Below, one piece after another: positions 47,981-62,200 of a DNA stretch of 64,000 nt (position 1 is the stretch's first letter; every line of letters begins with the position of its first letter). Made by a program: the position numbers and the translations under genes. Origin of the DNA: Patellaria atrata CBS 101060 (Eukaryota); assembly GCA_010093705.1 (NCBI GenBank), contig MU006101.1:186001-250000 (forward strand). The letters run 5' to 3'. A model generated the notes under the pieces. The model was not told the origin of the DNA. It was given only the letters and a program-made list of their open reading frames with translations, and did no database searches.

Positions 47981-50465
47981 ATGTTACGTTCGTTATTTCT
48001 TTTGACGTTTTTGTCAACAGTCGTTTCATCGTCTCCGATTTCTGATACTCGTCGCTCATATCCTCGACAAAATCCAACCAATACAACAAATCCTTGCGCA
48101 TCTGTCAGCTCTCTATATTTCGAACAGGATGTTCCTACACCTACCGTTCCCGCTAAGTTGGCATATGATTGTCTTAATGACATACCCTTCAATTCTGTAA
48201 CAGCCTTGGCTTTGATGAAGGCAATAAGGCCATATTCTAAGTGGCAAAGCACTTTAGCTTATTTGAAAGATCCTCCTGCAGAATATGAAGAAAAAGTACA
48301 AGAGGCAATCGACGTGTTCGGAGAATTTGATAAGATCGAAGCAAAGATCAATGCAGGCAGTTATAAGAGCGAGTACGAATTTGGCTTTGAATTGTATCGA
48401 GTATTTCAGAGAACACATGACGGTCATTTTTCATACGTTCCGGACACCCTAGGAATCTTCAATTTTGCACGACCTGCCGCACTCGTTTCAGTCTCGGAAG
48501 ATGGAGCGAAGCTACCGTCGATATTTGTCTACACAGACATACTCTTGGCCACTTCTGCTAACGCTACTTTCAAACCTTCTCCAATCGTCAACATCAATGG
48601 CGAAGATGCCGTTTCCTATTTGGAAAATTGGAGTCAATATGGATCTTTACAGGACCGTGATGCCTTGTGGAACAATCTCTTCTACGAGCTCGCACATATC
48701 TCTCTCGGAAATCTAGGTTCAGGTACTGGTGTGTTCTCTGGAGGAGGACGCGGTCGCTTGGTATATCCGGGCCCGGTTACTGAGTTCACCTTCCAAAATG
48801 GTAAGTCTCTGCTTGAGCGAATGATTTCAATACTTTCCTTTAGCAACTATGTTAAAAATACACTCCTCTCCGGTCTGATAGCTGGTATTGCGCTTCTGTC
48901 ACTCACTGGCCCCCCATTACCGTATTTTGATGATATGAGCGAGCGAAACGTAGAATTTTACATTTACTCCCATTGCTCAGGTGTGATGCTAATAGACTTC
49001 GGCTTTAGGCTCGACCTCGACGATTGAGAACTTTGCACGGGTTCAAATTGGTTTTGCCGGACTCAATAGTGGTAGAGATATATATAATAGATACTTACGA
49101 TACAACACCACGACATTACCCGGAGTTGCTCAGGCAGACGGCAACTCTGGAGTCGCCGCCGAGCCTCAAAGACGACAAGTTGCTACGACAACACGCCGAC
49201 TGCAGGCGGCTGTCACTCCAGCTCCAGGTTATCCATCGCCAGTTATCCGACATTCTGGTAATCTCAATGGAGGTTATTACCTCGAGGGTGAAGGGTTCGA
49301 AGATGTTGCTGTCTTGGCTGTCCCCAACTTTGTCGCTAGTCAAGCGGCGGAGGTCGAGTTCCAGGAAGTCAACGAAAACTTTATTAAGCAAGCAAAAGCA
49401 GATGGAAAGAAGAAACTGATTATTGACGTCAGTGCTAATGGAGGTGGAACTATTTTGCAAGGTTACGATCTTTTCAAGATACTCTTCCCTGACCTTGAAC
49501 CCTATGGTGCAACGAGGTTCAGAGCGACAGAGTCCTTCGACATCATCGGTCAATACTTTTCAGCATACTCGGAAGAGCAAAATCGCACGCTAGTGCTAGA
49601 TGATACGTCTCTAGGGATAGTTTCATCCGTCTGGAATTACAAGAGCGATGTTGATGTGAAGGGACAGCACTTTGACTCTTGGGAGGAGAAGTTTGGTCCA
49701 GTTCAAAACCATGGGGACAATTATACGTCTATAATCCGATGGGATCTAAACGACCCACTCATCACCTTAAACAGTGGTGGTATCGAGATACATGGCTACG
49801 GCCAATTGGCTAACGTGACGAAGGAAAGACCATTCGCAGCAGAAGACATTGTCATCGTTTACGATGGCTACTGCGCATCTACCTGCACAATCTTTTCTGA
49901 ATTTATGAGACAACAAGGCGGTGTCAAGACGATCGCTCTCGGTGGTCGTCCAAACAGTAACATCATACAGGCCGTAGGTGGTGTTAAAGGGACGAACAGT
50001 TACCCCTGGCTCTACTTCCTAGGCGCCATCGAACAGGTATACTATTCTCTTGCTACTGAGAAGGAACGGACTGAACTATTCCGGGAGACTGAGATTGGGG
50101 AATACAACACGTTCCTACCGTTCAATCGTGCAGCATCGCAACCCGGAGTCAATTCACGTGACGGCCTGAGAGAAGGAGACGAGAGTGGAATACCGCTACA
50201 ATTCGTATATGAGGCGGCGGATTGCAGGATCTTCTACACGCCTGAGATGACAGTCGATGTTACTACTATCTGGAAGGCGGCTGCTGATACGCAGTGGAAT
50301 GGCAAGTCTTCCTGCGTTGGTGCCGGTATGACCAGGAGAGATACCACCAAGAGAGCGTTTTCTCCCAAGAGACTCAACTCTGCGGATGTCAATGCGTTTA
50401 GGAACAGTTTGGATCTGCATACTGAGGTAGCTGATGTTGAGGTGAAGGGTTTCATGCTTCCCTAG
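47981..50465 (+). CDS. Secreted peptidase S41-family (CPAF-like) protein; intron 48801-49008
   Basis: Signal peptide MLRSLFLLTFLSTVVSS. Motifs WQSTLAYLKDPP, HDGHF, IIDVSANGGG, DGYCASTC, GGVKG and FVYEAADCRIFYT. Confidence 0.88.
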
Positions 50466-51156
50466 ACTTAACCTTCGTCATCCTCGTTCTGATATGTATC
50501 TTGGTTCTCTCGACCTCCGTATCCTAACGCGATCGATTCATCTAACGACCTCTCTAACTTTCCTTGCTCTTGAAAAGCTTCAAGATTATGTAAATACTTT
50601 GGATGTTTTCGAATGAGTTGGTGATGCACGAGTCATCCAGATGGTTTTGATGGCGGAAGTCGTCCGTGATCCTTTCCGAAAAATGGACGTAAGAGAAAAT
50701 TCTTCAATACGAAGTCATTTCCCCATGGTATAAGTAATCAGGAGGCTCTGGATTCTTATAGGAAAGGACGAGCATGTTTATGTACATAATATGCAACAAA
50801 TAATGCATATAAGACAAGTTTTTGGTGGTGTGATGGATGAAATGCAAGCTTAGTTAACGCTTTCCCTCGCCGTATGTTGCCGATTTGCACGAACACTTCC
50901 GCGGTGGGAAAAGTACAAAAGTACCATGAAGGTGAAGTCATCGTTCGCCCATGTAAATACCAGTACTGAGAGCAAAGTTCAAGATCTTTTCTTCAATTAA
51001 TCGTTGCTTTTTTCTCATTTTCGACACACGCCTTGATCCTAATATTTCGGCATATTACCTATTCAGTCATATTCAATCATTGGACCTACAGTCGCTTTCT
51101 TAGAACTACCCAATTCCACCGTACATCAGCCCTTCGCCGTCCAGGGCTCGATCATT

Positions 51157-52085
51157 ATGCCTTTGCCCTCACAGGAAGCGCAACAAGAACACTATAAGTA
51201 TGCGATTAATCGGGCGCGAACCAAAACGATTTCACCCCAACTCTGACAACTCGTATAGTGCCACAGTCAAAGGTGGTCTCGTGGGAGGAACCATCGGTCT
51301 TCTCGCTGGTGCAGCAGGAATTCTCGCCGCGAACCGACGATTCCACATCATTCAAGGCTTAACGCCCCAATTCAAAGTTTTCCTTGTCACATCATCCGGA
51401 ACGTTCGCAGGTACGCGCGACGGTACCTGCTACTACTGACCGTCAAATCGCTAATCTTTACTCCTCTCGTAGCAATTGTCGCAGCAGATCGAGCATCGTA
51501 TAACTGGGATCTGGAGCACAACCCTCTAAAGCAACGGAAAGCAGATCAACAAGAAGAACTTCAAAAGCAACTCTACGCACAAAAGTCGTTCGCTGAACGA
51601 GTCAAAGACTGGGGTTCGAAGAACAGGTATCCCATCGTTTTCTCGTCATGGGTCGCGTCTATGGGTATCGCTTTGGGCATCGTCAGCCGGGACAAATACC
51701 TCACTGGTGCACAGAAGCTGGTTCAAGCACGTGTGTATGCTCAGGGCTTAACATTAGCTGTGCTCATTGCCAGTTTTGCGTTCGAGTCTAAAGATGCCGT
51801 GCAAGGAAAGGGTAGATGGGAGACCATCACGGTCCCTGATCCCAACGATCCGACACACATGATTGAGAAGAGGATACACCATGAGCGATATAGGGGGGAG
51901 GACCAGTGGAGAGGTCAGTCAACCTGATGTTATACTCTGGCGTTATATTGGGCTGCCGTGCTAATAACATTATAGATATGATCGAGGCAGAGGAGCAAAG
52001 AATGAACGAGCGCAAAGCGGCTCAGGAGAAAGCCCTCAAAGAAAAAGCAAAAGAAGCGACCACACGAACACATCCCACTGTATAA
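51157..52085 (+). CDS. RCF2: Respiratory supercomplex factor 2-like, HIG1-domain protein; 4 exons
   Basis: QEHYNATVKGGLVGG, NRYPIVFSSWVASM, AQKLVQARVYAQGLTLAVL (HIG1 motif), HHERYRGEDQWRDMIEAEEQR. Confidence 0.9.
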
Positions 52086-52657
52086 AAGCCTTCCTACACG
52101 CTCTTGTATTATACTCATCTCGACTTTGGAATCGGTAATGAGGAGTTTGGGAGTACGAATGTCTAGATACTCTAGAGTCAATGATGCCATTTCAAATGCG
52201 TTCATATTTTTGACCCTGATAGCTCAATTTATTCCGTAGTGCTATCAGTCCTTCTTATTCTTCATGACTCTCAAACTAAGAATCCCCTTAAATATTCCAC
52301 GAAAGTTTTAATTTGACTAGATATCGTATGCGGATATGCAGTTACTGGATGCTGCTTGGATCAATCCTGGGACTGTACAGTACGGTTCTCCCGTGGAATT
52401 TCCAAGTTGGCTGATTCGAAATTTACAATATAGGAATTGACTTTTACCGTACCTTATGATTCAAATACATGATAAATTTCCATTTGTATATCTTGTATTA
52501 GATGAGCTCAATGAGACAAATAATTCATCCCGGCCCACATCGAGCTAGGCACCTCTGTGCGTTACCGCATGCCCCTCTCAGACTTTTTATACCTCCCCTC
52601 CATACTGACATATTTCGTCTACAAATCTTTCCTATTAACGACATTTCACGCATCATT

Positions 52658-54785
52658 ATGTTTAAAAAGAAGCCCAATGTAAGACGCCACCTAAAAAGAC
52701 CTTATGATTTGCTTACGCCAACACTCAGATCAAACCCCTTGCTCCCCTCCGCTCCTCCGACCGCCGGAAGACAGCAGACCAGATAATCTCAGACCTCGGA
52801 CTCACAGTTCCCCACAGCACCAATGATGCCTCCGCCGAAGACAAAGCCGCGGCGACTTCCGCCCTCACATCTCTCCGCAACTCCCTCCTCCCGGAAAACA
52901 CGCAGTCGGCGCGCTTCACCACCACCGCTGGGCCGGACCTGAAGCAGGTGTCCGGCACGGTATACGTGGGCCAGCACGAAGGCGAGGAGCAGCGGGTACT
53001 ATGGGTAAAGAACGGGGAGAGGATGTTTCCTACAGGTTGGGCCCAGACCACGTGAACACGGAAGACTCGGAATGGGAAAGCGCTGATTTACTTTTGATGG
53101 CGCAGTGTACACGCTTTGGCGGAATTCACGCATCGTTCCCCTCTTGCATACGCCTGGCATCGTCGTTGCAAAGATACAGGGCGGTGCGGATTTGATGACA
53201 CCCGGGCTTGCGAGGGGCCCGCCGTTTCCGGAGATGGCGAAAAAGGGCGCTGTCGTTGCGGTTGCGAGTACGGATGCTCCGAGTGTGCCGATGGCGGTGG
53301 GCGTGTGTGAGATCAATGTTGGTGCGTTGGGGAATGTGCAGGGGGCGAAGGGACATGCGGTGGTTATTGAGCATTGGGCCGGAGATGAAGTTTGGGCATG
53401 GAGTACGACGGGGAAACCTGGGGGAGCTGTCCCTGAGCACTTAGATGGCTGGGATGATCAGGAGAGAGGGGACGAGAACTTGGTGGAGAAGACAGAGGGG
53501 TTGGGTTTGGACGGAGACGGAAAAGAGGATGGTGGTGTGTCTCTCGGTGCGGCTGGATCGTCGAGTAAAGATACAGGCAATCCTTACGTCGTTGGGGAGT
53601 CTCTAGAGGATGCAGACGCTCAGCAGCCGGAGGTGAAAGAGATGTCAACTAAAGGTATCTATATCTCATCCCACAATCGAGATAGCCGTTAACAATGGTC
53701 TAGAAATCGATGATGCCTTCCGAAAAGCCTTCCTATACGGCGTCCACCACCACAAACACACAAACCGCGACCAGCCCAATTTCGGCCTCCAATTCCCCAT
53801 AACCCAGTCTTTGGTCATGTCCAACCTCGTCCAACCCTTCCTCCCCGCCTATACTGCCGCCGAAAACAACTTCCTCCAGATCAAGAAGACGAGCTGGAAG
53901 AACATCAAAAAGTTCATCAAATCCCTCGACAAAGAGAAGCTGATCAAGAGCAAAGACCGCGACGGTCACGAAGTAGTAATAATGGACATCGACTTCGACG
54001 ACCCCAAAATCACAGAATTCACCCCATACCGTCTCCCCAAGAAAGAAACCATCACCAGCACCGCAGCAGGGCGAGGCCAAACCACCACAACACCCACAGC
54101 CGCATCCAGCAACAGCGATCCCTCCATCGGTCAAAAGCTCAAGAAACTAGACCTCTACCGCCCCAAAGAGAAACTCTCCCCGATCTTCGACACAGCAAAA
54201 GCAGACTCCCACGCCTTCTACACCGTCGCGGACCTCCGTCCTCTACTAACAACCTACATAGAAACTGAACAGCTCATTTCCCCCATGAATAAACGTCTCG
54301 TAACACTCGACCCCGTCCTCGCGAACGCCCTCTTCGACGGGTCCGCCCGCCTCGACGCAGAGGTCTTGGCGAAGGGCACGGTACCGAGAGACGAGCTCCT
54401 TGACCGCTTCCTGCACGCTTGCAACCCCTTCCACGCCATCGTGAGGGAGGGCGCAGAGCCCCAATCAAACCCGAAACCTAAAGCGGGACCCGCGCCAAGT
54501 GTTCTGATCTCTTTGGAAACGAGGTCGGGGAATAAAACCGTCACTCGTGTTTCCGGTCTCGAGCCGTTTTTCATACCGCCGCAGCTGCTGGCTGACGAGC
54601 TGAGGAAGGCGTGTGCGGGGAGTAGTAGTGTGGAGAAGGCCGCTGGGAGTAGTGCGAAACAGCCGGTTATGGAGGTTACGGTGCAGGGCCCGCAGAGGGA
54701 GGTTGTGCTTAGGGCGCTGGAGAGGAGGGGGGTTAGGGGACAGTGGGTTGAGGTTGTGGATAGGACTAAGGGGAGGAAGAGGTAG
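52658..54785 (+). CDS. TMA64: Translation factor eIF2D/ligatin (PUA, SWIB, SUI1 domains); introns about 52679-52728, 53036-53106, 53654-53703
   Basis: MFKKKPNIKPLAPLRSSDRRK, GADLMTPGL (PUA), IKKTSWKNIKKFIK, ETRSGNKTVTRVSGLE..VQGPQ (SUI1). Confidence 0.92.
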
Positions 54786-55738
54786 GTGAGGTGGATGGGA
54801 TGGTGGAGGTGTAGGTGTGGGGACGGGTGGATGGGTTGTAAAGGGATATAGGGGCGTGGATTGGGGGAGGGGGGTTAAGTGCTGTGGAGTGTACGGCGTG
54901 AGATTGTTGGATTGGACGGGTTGGTACTGTACTGTGCCGCATGGAACAGCACAGGGATAGAGTATAGAAGGCGGCAATTATAATCTTAACTCTGACATTA
55001 AAACCGCGGATGTGTGTTTTTGGGAATCTGCTGTACTGTACTGTATGAGGAATTGAAATGGATATGGATGTGGCGTGGGGTGGATATCGAGAACTGTATT
55101 GCTCTTGGCCTTGGACTTCATGTGAGGGTTCTTTGTATGTTGGATGGGGGCTTATGATGTGAGAGGTAAGATGGTGCTGGTGATTGAGGGTTGGGGTTCG
55201 GGCTGGGGGTGGGGTTAGGGGGTATGGTTAGGGGGGTGTTGGACGATATTGAGTTGTACTGAGGTGTTGGTGGTGTTGGTGGTGTACTGTACCGTTGGTG
55301 TACTGTACGGCGCTTTGTCGGAGTTGGAGTTAGGGTAAGTGTCGAATTAGACGGGAATGGAAGGGGTTTTGTTGTCCACTGGCGTGCCGTAGGGTAGGAT
55401 ACGGCATCACTGTGCGGTATGGTGTGGTATGGTACGATAGGGCACGGCATTGGTACTATATAGTCTACCATGGTACGGCCGGGTACGGGTATGGTACGGT
55501 ATAGTTTGGTATAGTATTCTACCTTGCACGTATAATATAATACATCCTAACAGCTATATCAGACCGGAAACATCCATCTGAGATATGCCATGAAAACTAT
55601 ACCTTAGTGGTAGGTTTATATTATACAGTAGACTATAGTACAGAACTCGTTCCACACCATGCTATCCTGCTCCTCGTCTTTTGAGTAATATTTCCTTGCT
55701 CACTCTCCCGCTCCGCTGCCTTGAAGGGAAAAAAAAGG

Positions 55739-55820
55739 GAAAAGGAAAAGGAAAAGGAAAAGGAAAAGGAAAAGGAAAAGGAAAAGGAAAAGGAAAAGGA
55801 AAAGGAAAAGGAAAAGGAAA
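55739..55820 (+). repeat. (GAAAAG)n purine microsatellite
   Basis: About 13 perfect tandem hexamers. Confidence 0.95.
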
Positions 55821-56443
55821 CTAAGAAAGAGAGATATACCGTACGATATCTCTCTCGCCAGGAAACAGTACGATGGGTTTCGTATGATGCGCTGAGAAAG
55901 GAGGGTTCGACTTGAAATTGATGTCTACCAACAGAGCATGTGTGTGAACGATGCAGGTGCAGGTGTTTTTGTGGATCGTTCCGTACCGCTTGATGTGGCA
56001 TTATGAGCGTCGGGTTGGGTATAGTGGCAAGATAGCAGAGGGTGGAAGTAGTGAGGAGGTGGAGAGAGAGCGGTGAATTAAAGAAGTGATAGGGGTATGG
56101 AACTCTGAATTGCGTTTTCGTGCTTTCGCGATTTTTGGGAGAAAGAGGTCGCAGATTTGGTACACTTCGTGCGTAGGGAGTTTATATGGGTGTTTTGTAA
56201 AGTTGTAGTAGCAAAGCTCTCTCACTGTTCTATTCTGGGTTGGAATTATTCGTGATGAGGAACACATCTATTCGACACCGACATGGCATTCCATCACCCC
56301 GTGAACCATCCAGTCAATGCGATAGTTCTCCTCTTTCGCTACATAGCTGGCATATATTCTAGGGAGTCACGTACACGGATGGTTGGTAACCAAGGGGCCT
56401 GTCTCAAGCCTACGAAGGCCCGGAAACTTAGCGCGCAAGTTAT

Positions 56444-57871
56444 TTACAAATTTCTCCATATCCATTTCGTAAGACCCGGGGGAAATAGTTTCCGTGGTGA
56501 CAATTTGGAACCGTAGCCTCCTACGTTGTGGAAGCGCATTGCCTGGGGGTTTTGATAAAGTCTCGAATTCAAGGGGATGGACAGAGTGAGATCGTCTAAG
56601 AGTGGCGAGTGATTCGCAAGCTGCAGAAAGAATTGATCATCTATGAGACCTCTGTCTTCGGTGCCAGCATGATTGGCATTAAACTCGAAATGACGTAGTT
56701 TGGGAAGACACGAGACGAGCACTTTATTACAAATACCTTCATAAGCGGTTTCTGACAACCGTTGATTATTAAGGTTTCCAGGTTCTTAAGGCGCTGAATC
56801 GGACGTATCGTTGTGGTATCAATACGGTATGGACCGTATTGGTGCTCCGATCCGTGTTCCAGTTCGCACTCGAAATTTAGTTCAAAAGCCCTTGCGAAAA
56901 TGTGGAAACATCAACTATGAAAGAGTATATAATATTCTGGATCTCCTCTGCTTCATCCTCTTCCTCTGTTCCTGATTAAAATCCGTAGGGCCTGGATGCT
57001 CTTGACTGAGCGGAATATTGTACACACATCACGCACATCGAATACGTCGATGCTCAATCTAACTTTTAAGAGATTTTCAAGAGATTTTCAAGAGGTTCGA
57101 CTTGGTATAACAACGAAGCGAGTTTGGTCTCCGAAAACGTTTAGTTGTAACACATGTTAATCTTCAGACATTGGAGTGTCAGAATAGCAGCTAGTGAAGC
57201 TATATCATCCTCTTCGATTTGGAAATTTATTAGACTTATCGTTTGAATACATTTCAGACGTGATAAGATGGGGGATAACTCTAGGAACTTTGTTTTGCCC
57301 CATATGGTCTAGTTGAGTTTCCTCAAGGAAGTGGCATGATCCTATATGCACTTTAGCTTTGTCCATATAATGCAACATTGCGAATCCAGCTCACTAGACC
57401 CATAAGGTTTTCATATAGCTATTCTGTAGGAATGGCGCTGATCTTTAGATTTTTGAGACGGTCATGAAAAAATGTGCCATTGGCGAAGTTGGCGGATTGC
57501 TGATTCTTTGAGCTGAGCTATTGATAGGTGATCTCCAAACATTCGAGTATGGTTAACGGTGCTCCAGAGTATTCTGTAAGATGGGAAAGACCGAGGATTA
57601 GTTTCTTAATATATTTGAACACCATGGCTTGTCTGTCGTCTGGAAAGCCAACTAGGTGGTTGAGGGGACATGGCTTGAAAAGTGAAAAACAAGATAGAGT
57701 CGCATGGAGATTCTGGTAGGCCGGAATACACAAAGCATTGCAAGTCAGAGCGACGTTGAGAAGATCTTTGGTTTCATGAACCCAATCTACAATCTCTTTG
57801 GCTAATTCAGGAATGTGTATTACACGGACGGCAAGTCCATTAGGTTTATTTGCGACTGTGTAAGAAGCCAT
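56444..57871 (-). pseudogene. Degraded F-box / LRR-like gene
   Basis: N-terminal IPELAKEIVDWVHETKDLLNVALTCNAL (F-box-like). The frame closes at 57518. A downstream fragment LPKLRHFEF..FFLQLANHSPLLDDLTLSI is LRR-like. No continuous ORF lies between them. Confidence 0.55.
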
Positions 57872-59204
57872 AATGCGGACGTGTATTCTAGTTAGAGTGA
57901 GAGAAGTTATGCCCAAGTTTTAGATAAGGTTTGTTGACGCGTTTACACACGAGATATAGGAAAGTGTTAGGTCGACATCGTAACCAAGTGTAAGGAGTAA
58001 TCTGCTTCGAATATCTCAGCTTAAAATTCATCAAATAGAATACTGCAGGACTATTAGATCTAATACCTATCCTTGTACGACGAGTTGAAAATATGAATAA
58101 GGACCATAGTACCAAGGGCGCTAGACATAACGAGATCTGGGATGTTTTGAACGAATTGACGAAGAGATGAAGTAGGAACAGTCATAATAGTCATAACGTG
58201 GAGGAGAGAGAAGAGGAACACGTATCGTGACATGATTGAGGGATGACGGTTTATTGGCTGTTTATCGTTAAGTTTCCGAAACTGTTGGTATATATAGTTG
58301 ATTGTAGCCAGCTATTATCGCGCACCGAAGTTAGGCGCCGAATTTGAGTTCTAGATTACTTAGGTACGGATCATGCCGAATCCGGGCCGTACGGATCCCT
58401 TAACTGAGGCTTGCTAAGAATACAATAATAGTTGTATTATTCTATTTTAAAAGTCTTCTAGATATTTCTAGGTCAATTAGCTATCGTTAATTTTTATTTA
58501 CCATATACAGAATGAATCATATTCAATACTTTGGACAGTGAATGTCTAGTGTTCCGAACTCCTCAACGGAAGGTGGATTTATTTATGGACGTTAACATCA
58601 TCTGAGCACCTCCAGGTTACTAGTTTCGAGCTTTGACGAAACGAGGCGGTAGGTACATTCTGAATTAGACTGATAGATACCGTATGTTTAAAATGGTATG
58701 TTGTCTGCCGTGCTGGGTCGAACTTAAAAAGACCGTCCGGGGTCCTGATATAGACACAATATAAGCATTAGCACGTCAAAGCACATCACCAATGAAGTAC
58801 CCATGGATCAAATATCATCAAAAACACCCATACTTTCTCACCATTACTTGCCCCAAAGCTAAACTACGCTAAGGTTGTCCACTTACACACCCTATCATCA
58901 TAATGTCAAAATAAGATGGCGAGATCAAAAGGTGAAACGACCGTCCAAAATGCTCGCTCTCGCTAAATCATCAATTAGAAAGGAAGAGAACAAAAGGAGA
59001 GGTGAAAGTGAAGTGACGTGTATATACATCTCGAAAAAGAGAATAAAAAGGAACGGTGTAAGTTTTCAGTGCAGACTGCCCGACGTGGATATTACTACAT
59101 CTCCTCGTTCAACTCTCCCCTTCACCCTCCACCAAGGGGAAGTAGTCCAATCAATGGTCATTCCATCTCCTATCTGTCAACTACTCAATCAGGGTAACAC
59201 CCCT

Positions 59205-62200
59205 CTATTTCACTGACGTCAAAAAGTCCGCCGCCTAATTTTTGAAATCAGCCCCATGTTTCGTCTCTTTGACCGGGTCCATCACTCACCTTATTGATAT
59301 CATAATCAAACTTCTCCAATGCACTTAACGCATCCTGTCTCGGATACCCCATAGCTGTTAACTTCTTTAGAATCGGATCATCGTGCTCGGTACCACTCGT
59401 TAGCGCTCTGCCTAATGGTGGCATCGGCGGTTGTTGCTGTCCCTTGGAACTCGAAGGTTGTGGTGTCTGCTCTTGCACCGGGGAATCGAGCGAAGGGAAT
59501 TGCGACTTGCTAGCTTCCGGAGATACATCATGCTTGTCGGGGGACTGCTGATCCAAACCTGAGAAAATGGCATCCCAATCATGACTACTTGCCGCCTGAG
59601 GCTGCTGTGGCGCCTTGCTCTGCCCCTGTCCTTGACCACCAAGATTATGCTCAAAGTCTCCAAAGCTATCATCCTGGCCAAATTTTCCCGTAGGAGTCTG
59701 CTGGCTCTGCATTGTATTTGACTTACTCGCGATCGGGGAGTCAAACACGGGATTGAACTCGTCAAAAGCCTCGCGGTGATGTGGGGAAATCATGAAGTCG
59801 TCGTCACCTTTGTCGTCAGCTTCTTTGGCATCGCTGAGATCGTCAAAGCCCACGTCGAAGTCGTCGTTGAATTGTTGTCGCTTGGGAGGATCAGGAGCAT
59901 GTGGTGGGTGGGATTGGGACGATGGGCCTTTGTCACCGCCGCTGGGGAAAGAGACTGCAGAGTGGTATGCGTCAGATGGTGCTGTAGACACAGGCGTGTC
60001 GGCTGGAGGGGGAGAAGTTGAGAAGCCAGTGTTACCGGATGACGTTGTTCGCTTTTGTTCGTTCAAAGGCCCACCGAACAGAGTTTGCCCTTGGCTAGTA
60101 GATTGATTGTTAAACTGCTTTTCCGATGGTTGATTGCCCTGAGGCTTAGTAGGATCAGTTCGAGCGGGAAGAAGGCCACCGAATTCAGGAGGAAATTGGT
60201 TCGAATCTCGACCTTGACTTCTGCTTCCAGGAGGTGGAGCGGTGCTCTGCTCATAACTGGGTGGAGACTTTTGCGCGTTGGGGGTGGGGAGTTCGGTAGT
60301 GCTAGAATCCATCGATGTCACCGTCGGTCGTGCACGGAAGAAATCGTCTCCAAGACTTTCAGCGCCAGTGGAACCCATTGAAGGGCCAGGTTGTGGCGAT
60401 GTCTGACCGTGCGTTGGATTAGACTGCCTCTGTTGTCGAGGCGAAGCAGATGTGAAGTTGTCTGCAAACCCAGCTTCGCTATTTGAATCGCTATCATCCT
60501 CGTTGTCGAGGCTCTCAATTGGTGGGAATTCTTGATTGAATCTGCTGGCGCCGCCAGAATCGACAGAGCCGTTTACGGAAGAACCTGTGTGCTGCTTCTC
60601 CGGAAACTGTCGACCGCCCCCAAAACCTGCAAACGCAGCATCAAAGTCAACTTTTGCAGCCCGAGGCGGTTGATCCCTGTTGAGCGTGAAAGGATCTGTC
60701 CGTGAGCCTTGGAAACCTTCAGATGGTTTGGTACTAGCTTTACTTCTATCGCTTAATGTGCTCTCTCCAGTTGGGGTAGGCTGTATTGGAGAGTTGGTAT
60801 CCCCAGGGAAGGCGCCAGGGATTGATGTTTGCGCTCCTGAAGGTGCTCCGAAGTTTTGAAATATGTCACGGCGGTCGTCGGATTTCGAGCCGGGCCTTGC
60901 AGTATCGCTGGTGCCACTAGCTGCTGGTGAAGATGTCATGTTTCGATCGAAGAGGGATTTTCCTGCAGAACCAGTCTCTGTTTGGTTGGTCTCTGTCCTA
61001 CTAAGATCCCTGGATGGCCCGCTCTGCTCATTAGCAGACATATAGAACGGGGCACCGGTCGTTGTAGGGGTATCAGCTCCAGTAGTGCCGTATCTACTTC
61101 CTGGAGCGGAAACCTTTACAGACGAGCTGAATGAGTCAGTGCGAGGAACGTTGTCTCTCAGAGGTAAAAGGTTAGAACCGAATTGGCGAGATTCTGGGGG
61201 TACTGGTGGCTCAACAGTTCGCGGTGACTCGTGATATGATGACAAAGGAGGGGATGTAGAGGGTGTTGGAACATCTGGCTCGGAGGACCTCACAGACTGC
61301 CCAGATTGAGAGAAGGTAGGAACGTGAGACTGAGAATCGGAGCGGAAAGATGTAGGCGGAGGAGCAGTGGTTTGTGATGAACTGAAAGAAGGACCAAATA
61401 CATTATCGAAGTCTCGGTTTCCTTGAGGAGACTTGGTTTCTCTAGCAAAGCCAGAAGGAGACATCGCATTATCAGCTATCGGCGGAGGGGATTTTCGGAA
61501 GAAAGGGTTTGTGCTTTGGCTTGTAATGGAGGCTGCGGGACTTGCAAGACCAGATCTAGGTTCTTGAGGGGTGGGCTGAGAACTTCGAGCAGATTCTTGG
61601 GCGGCCCTTGTAAGATCACCGATTTCACCTTTAGTCTTATCCCTCTCTCCCTCATTTGTAGACAATTGTTTCTTGTTGATTGCTACTAATCCCTTTTGCT
61701 GACGAGCGTCAGAACGTAGCTTGTCGAGCTGTGGCCGTAGTTGAGCGATTTCGGTATTAACTTGACGTATCCTTTCTTTCAGGTTTGCGTTCTCTCGCTG
61801 ATCAGCGTCTAGCGCTGTAGCTAGCTGTCGGTGTTGATTTTGCAGGTCTTGGTAGGTCCCTTCTATCAACGCATACTCTTGTTGAAGCTTACGTGTCTCA
61901 TTACGGGATGTGTTCAACCGATCCTCGAGGCTCTTTACATTTTTGACCTCTTGTTCATATTGGGATCGGAATTGGGACAGACGTAGTTCAAGATCACGCT
62001 TCTGCGTCGTAGCACTACTGAGGTCATTTTCCGTCGTCGACTTTTTGGCTTGAACCTCTTGCATCTGGTTACGGAGTGTGCCTATTTGATTTGACATATT
62101 TGCCAATTCACTCGTTTCTTGCGTAAGCTTCTTACTGACTTCAGGATCATTGTCACCGAGGAGGTCATCCATTGCAGAAGGCACATGTCCTCGGTTCTGG

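Noticed and set aside
55633..56001. ORFs with FSFSFS or EKEKEK runs
   Set aside because: They are translation artefacts of the (GAAAAG)n microsatellite.
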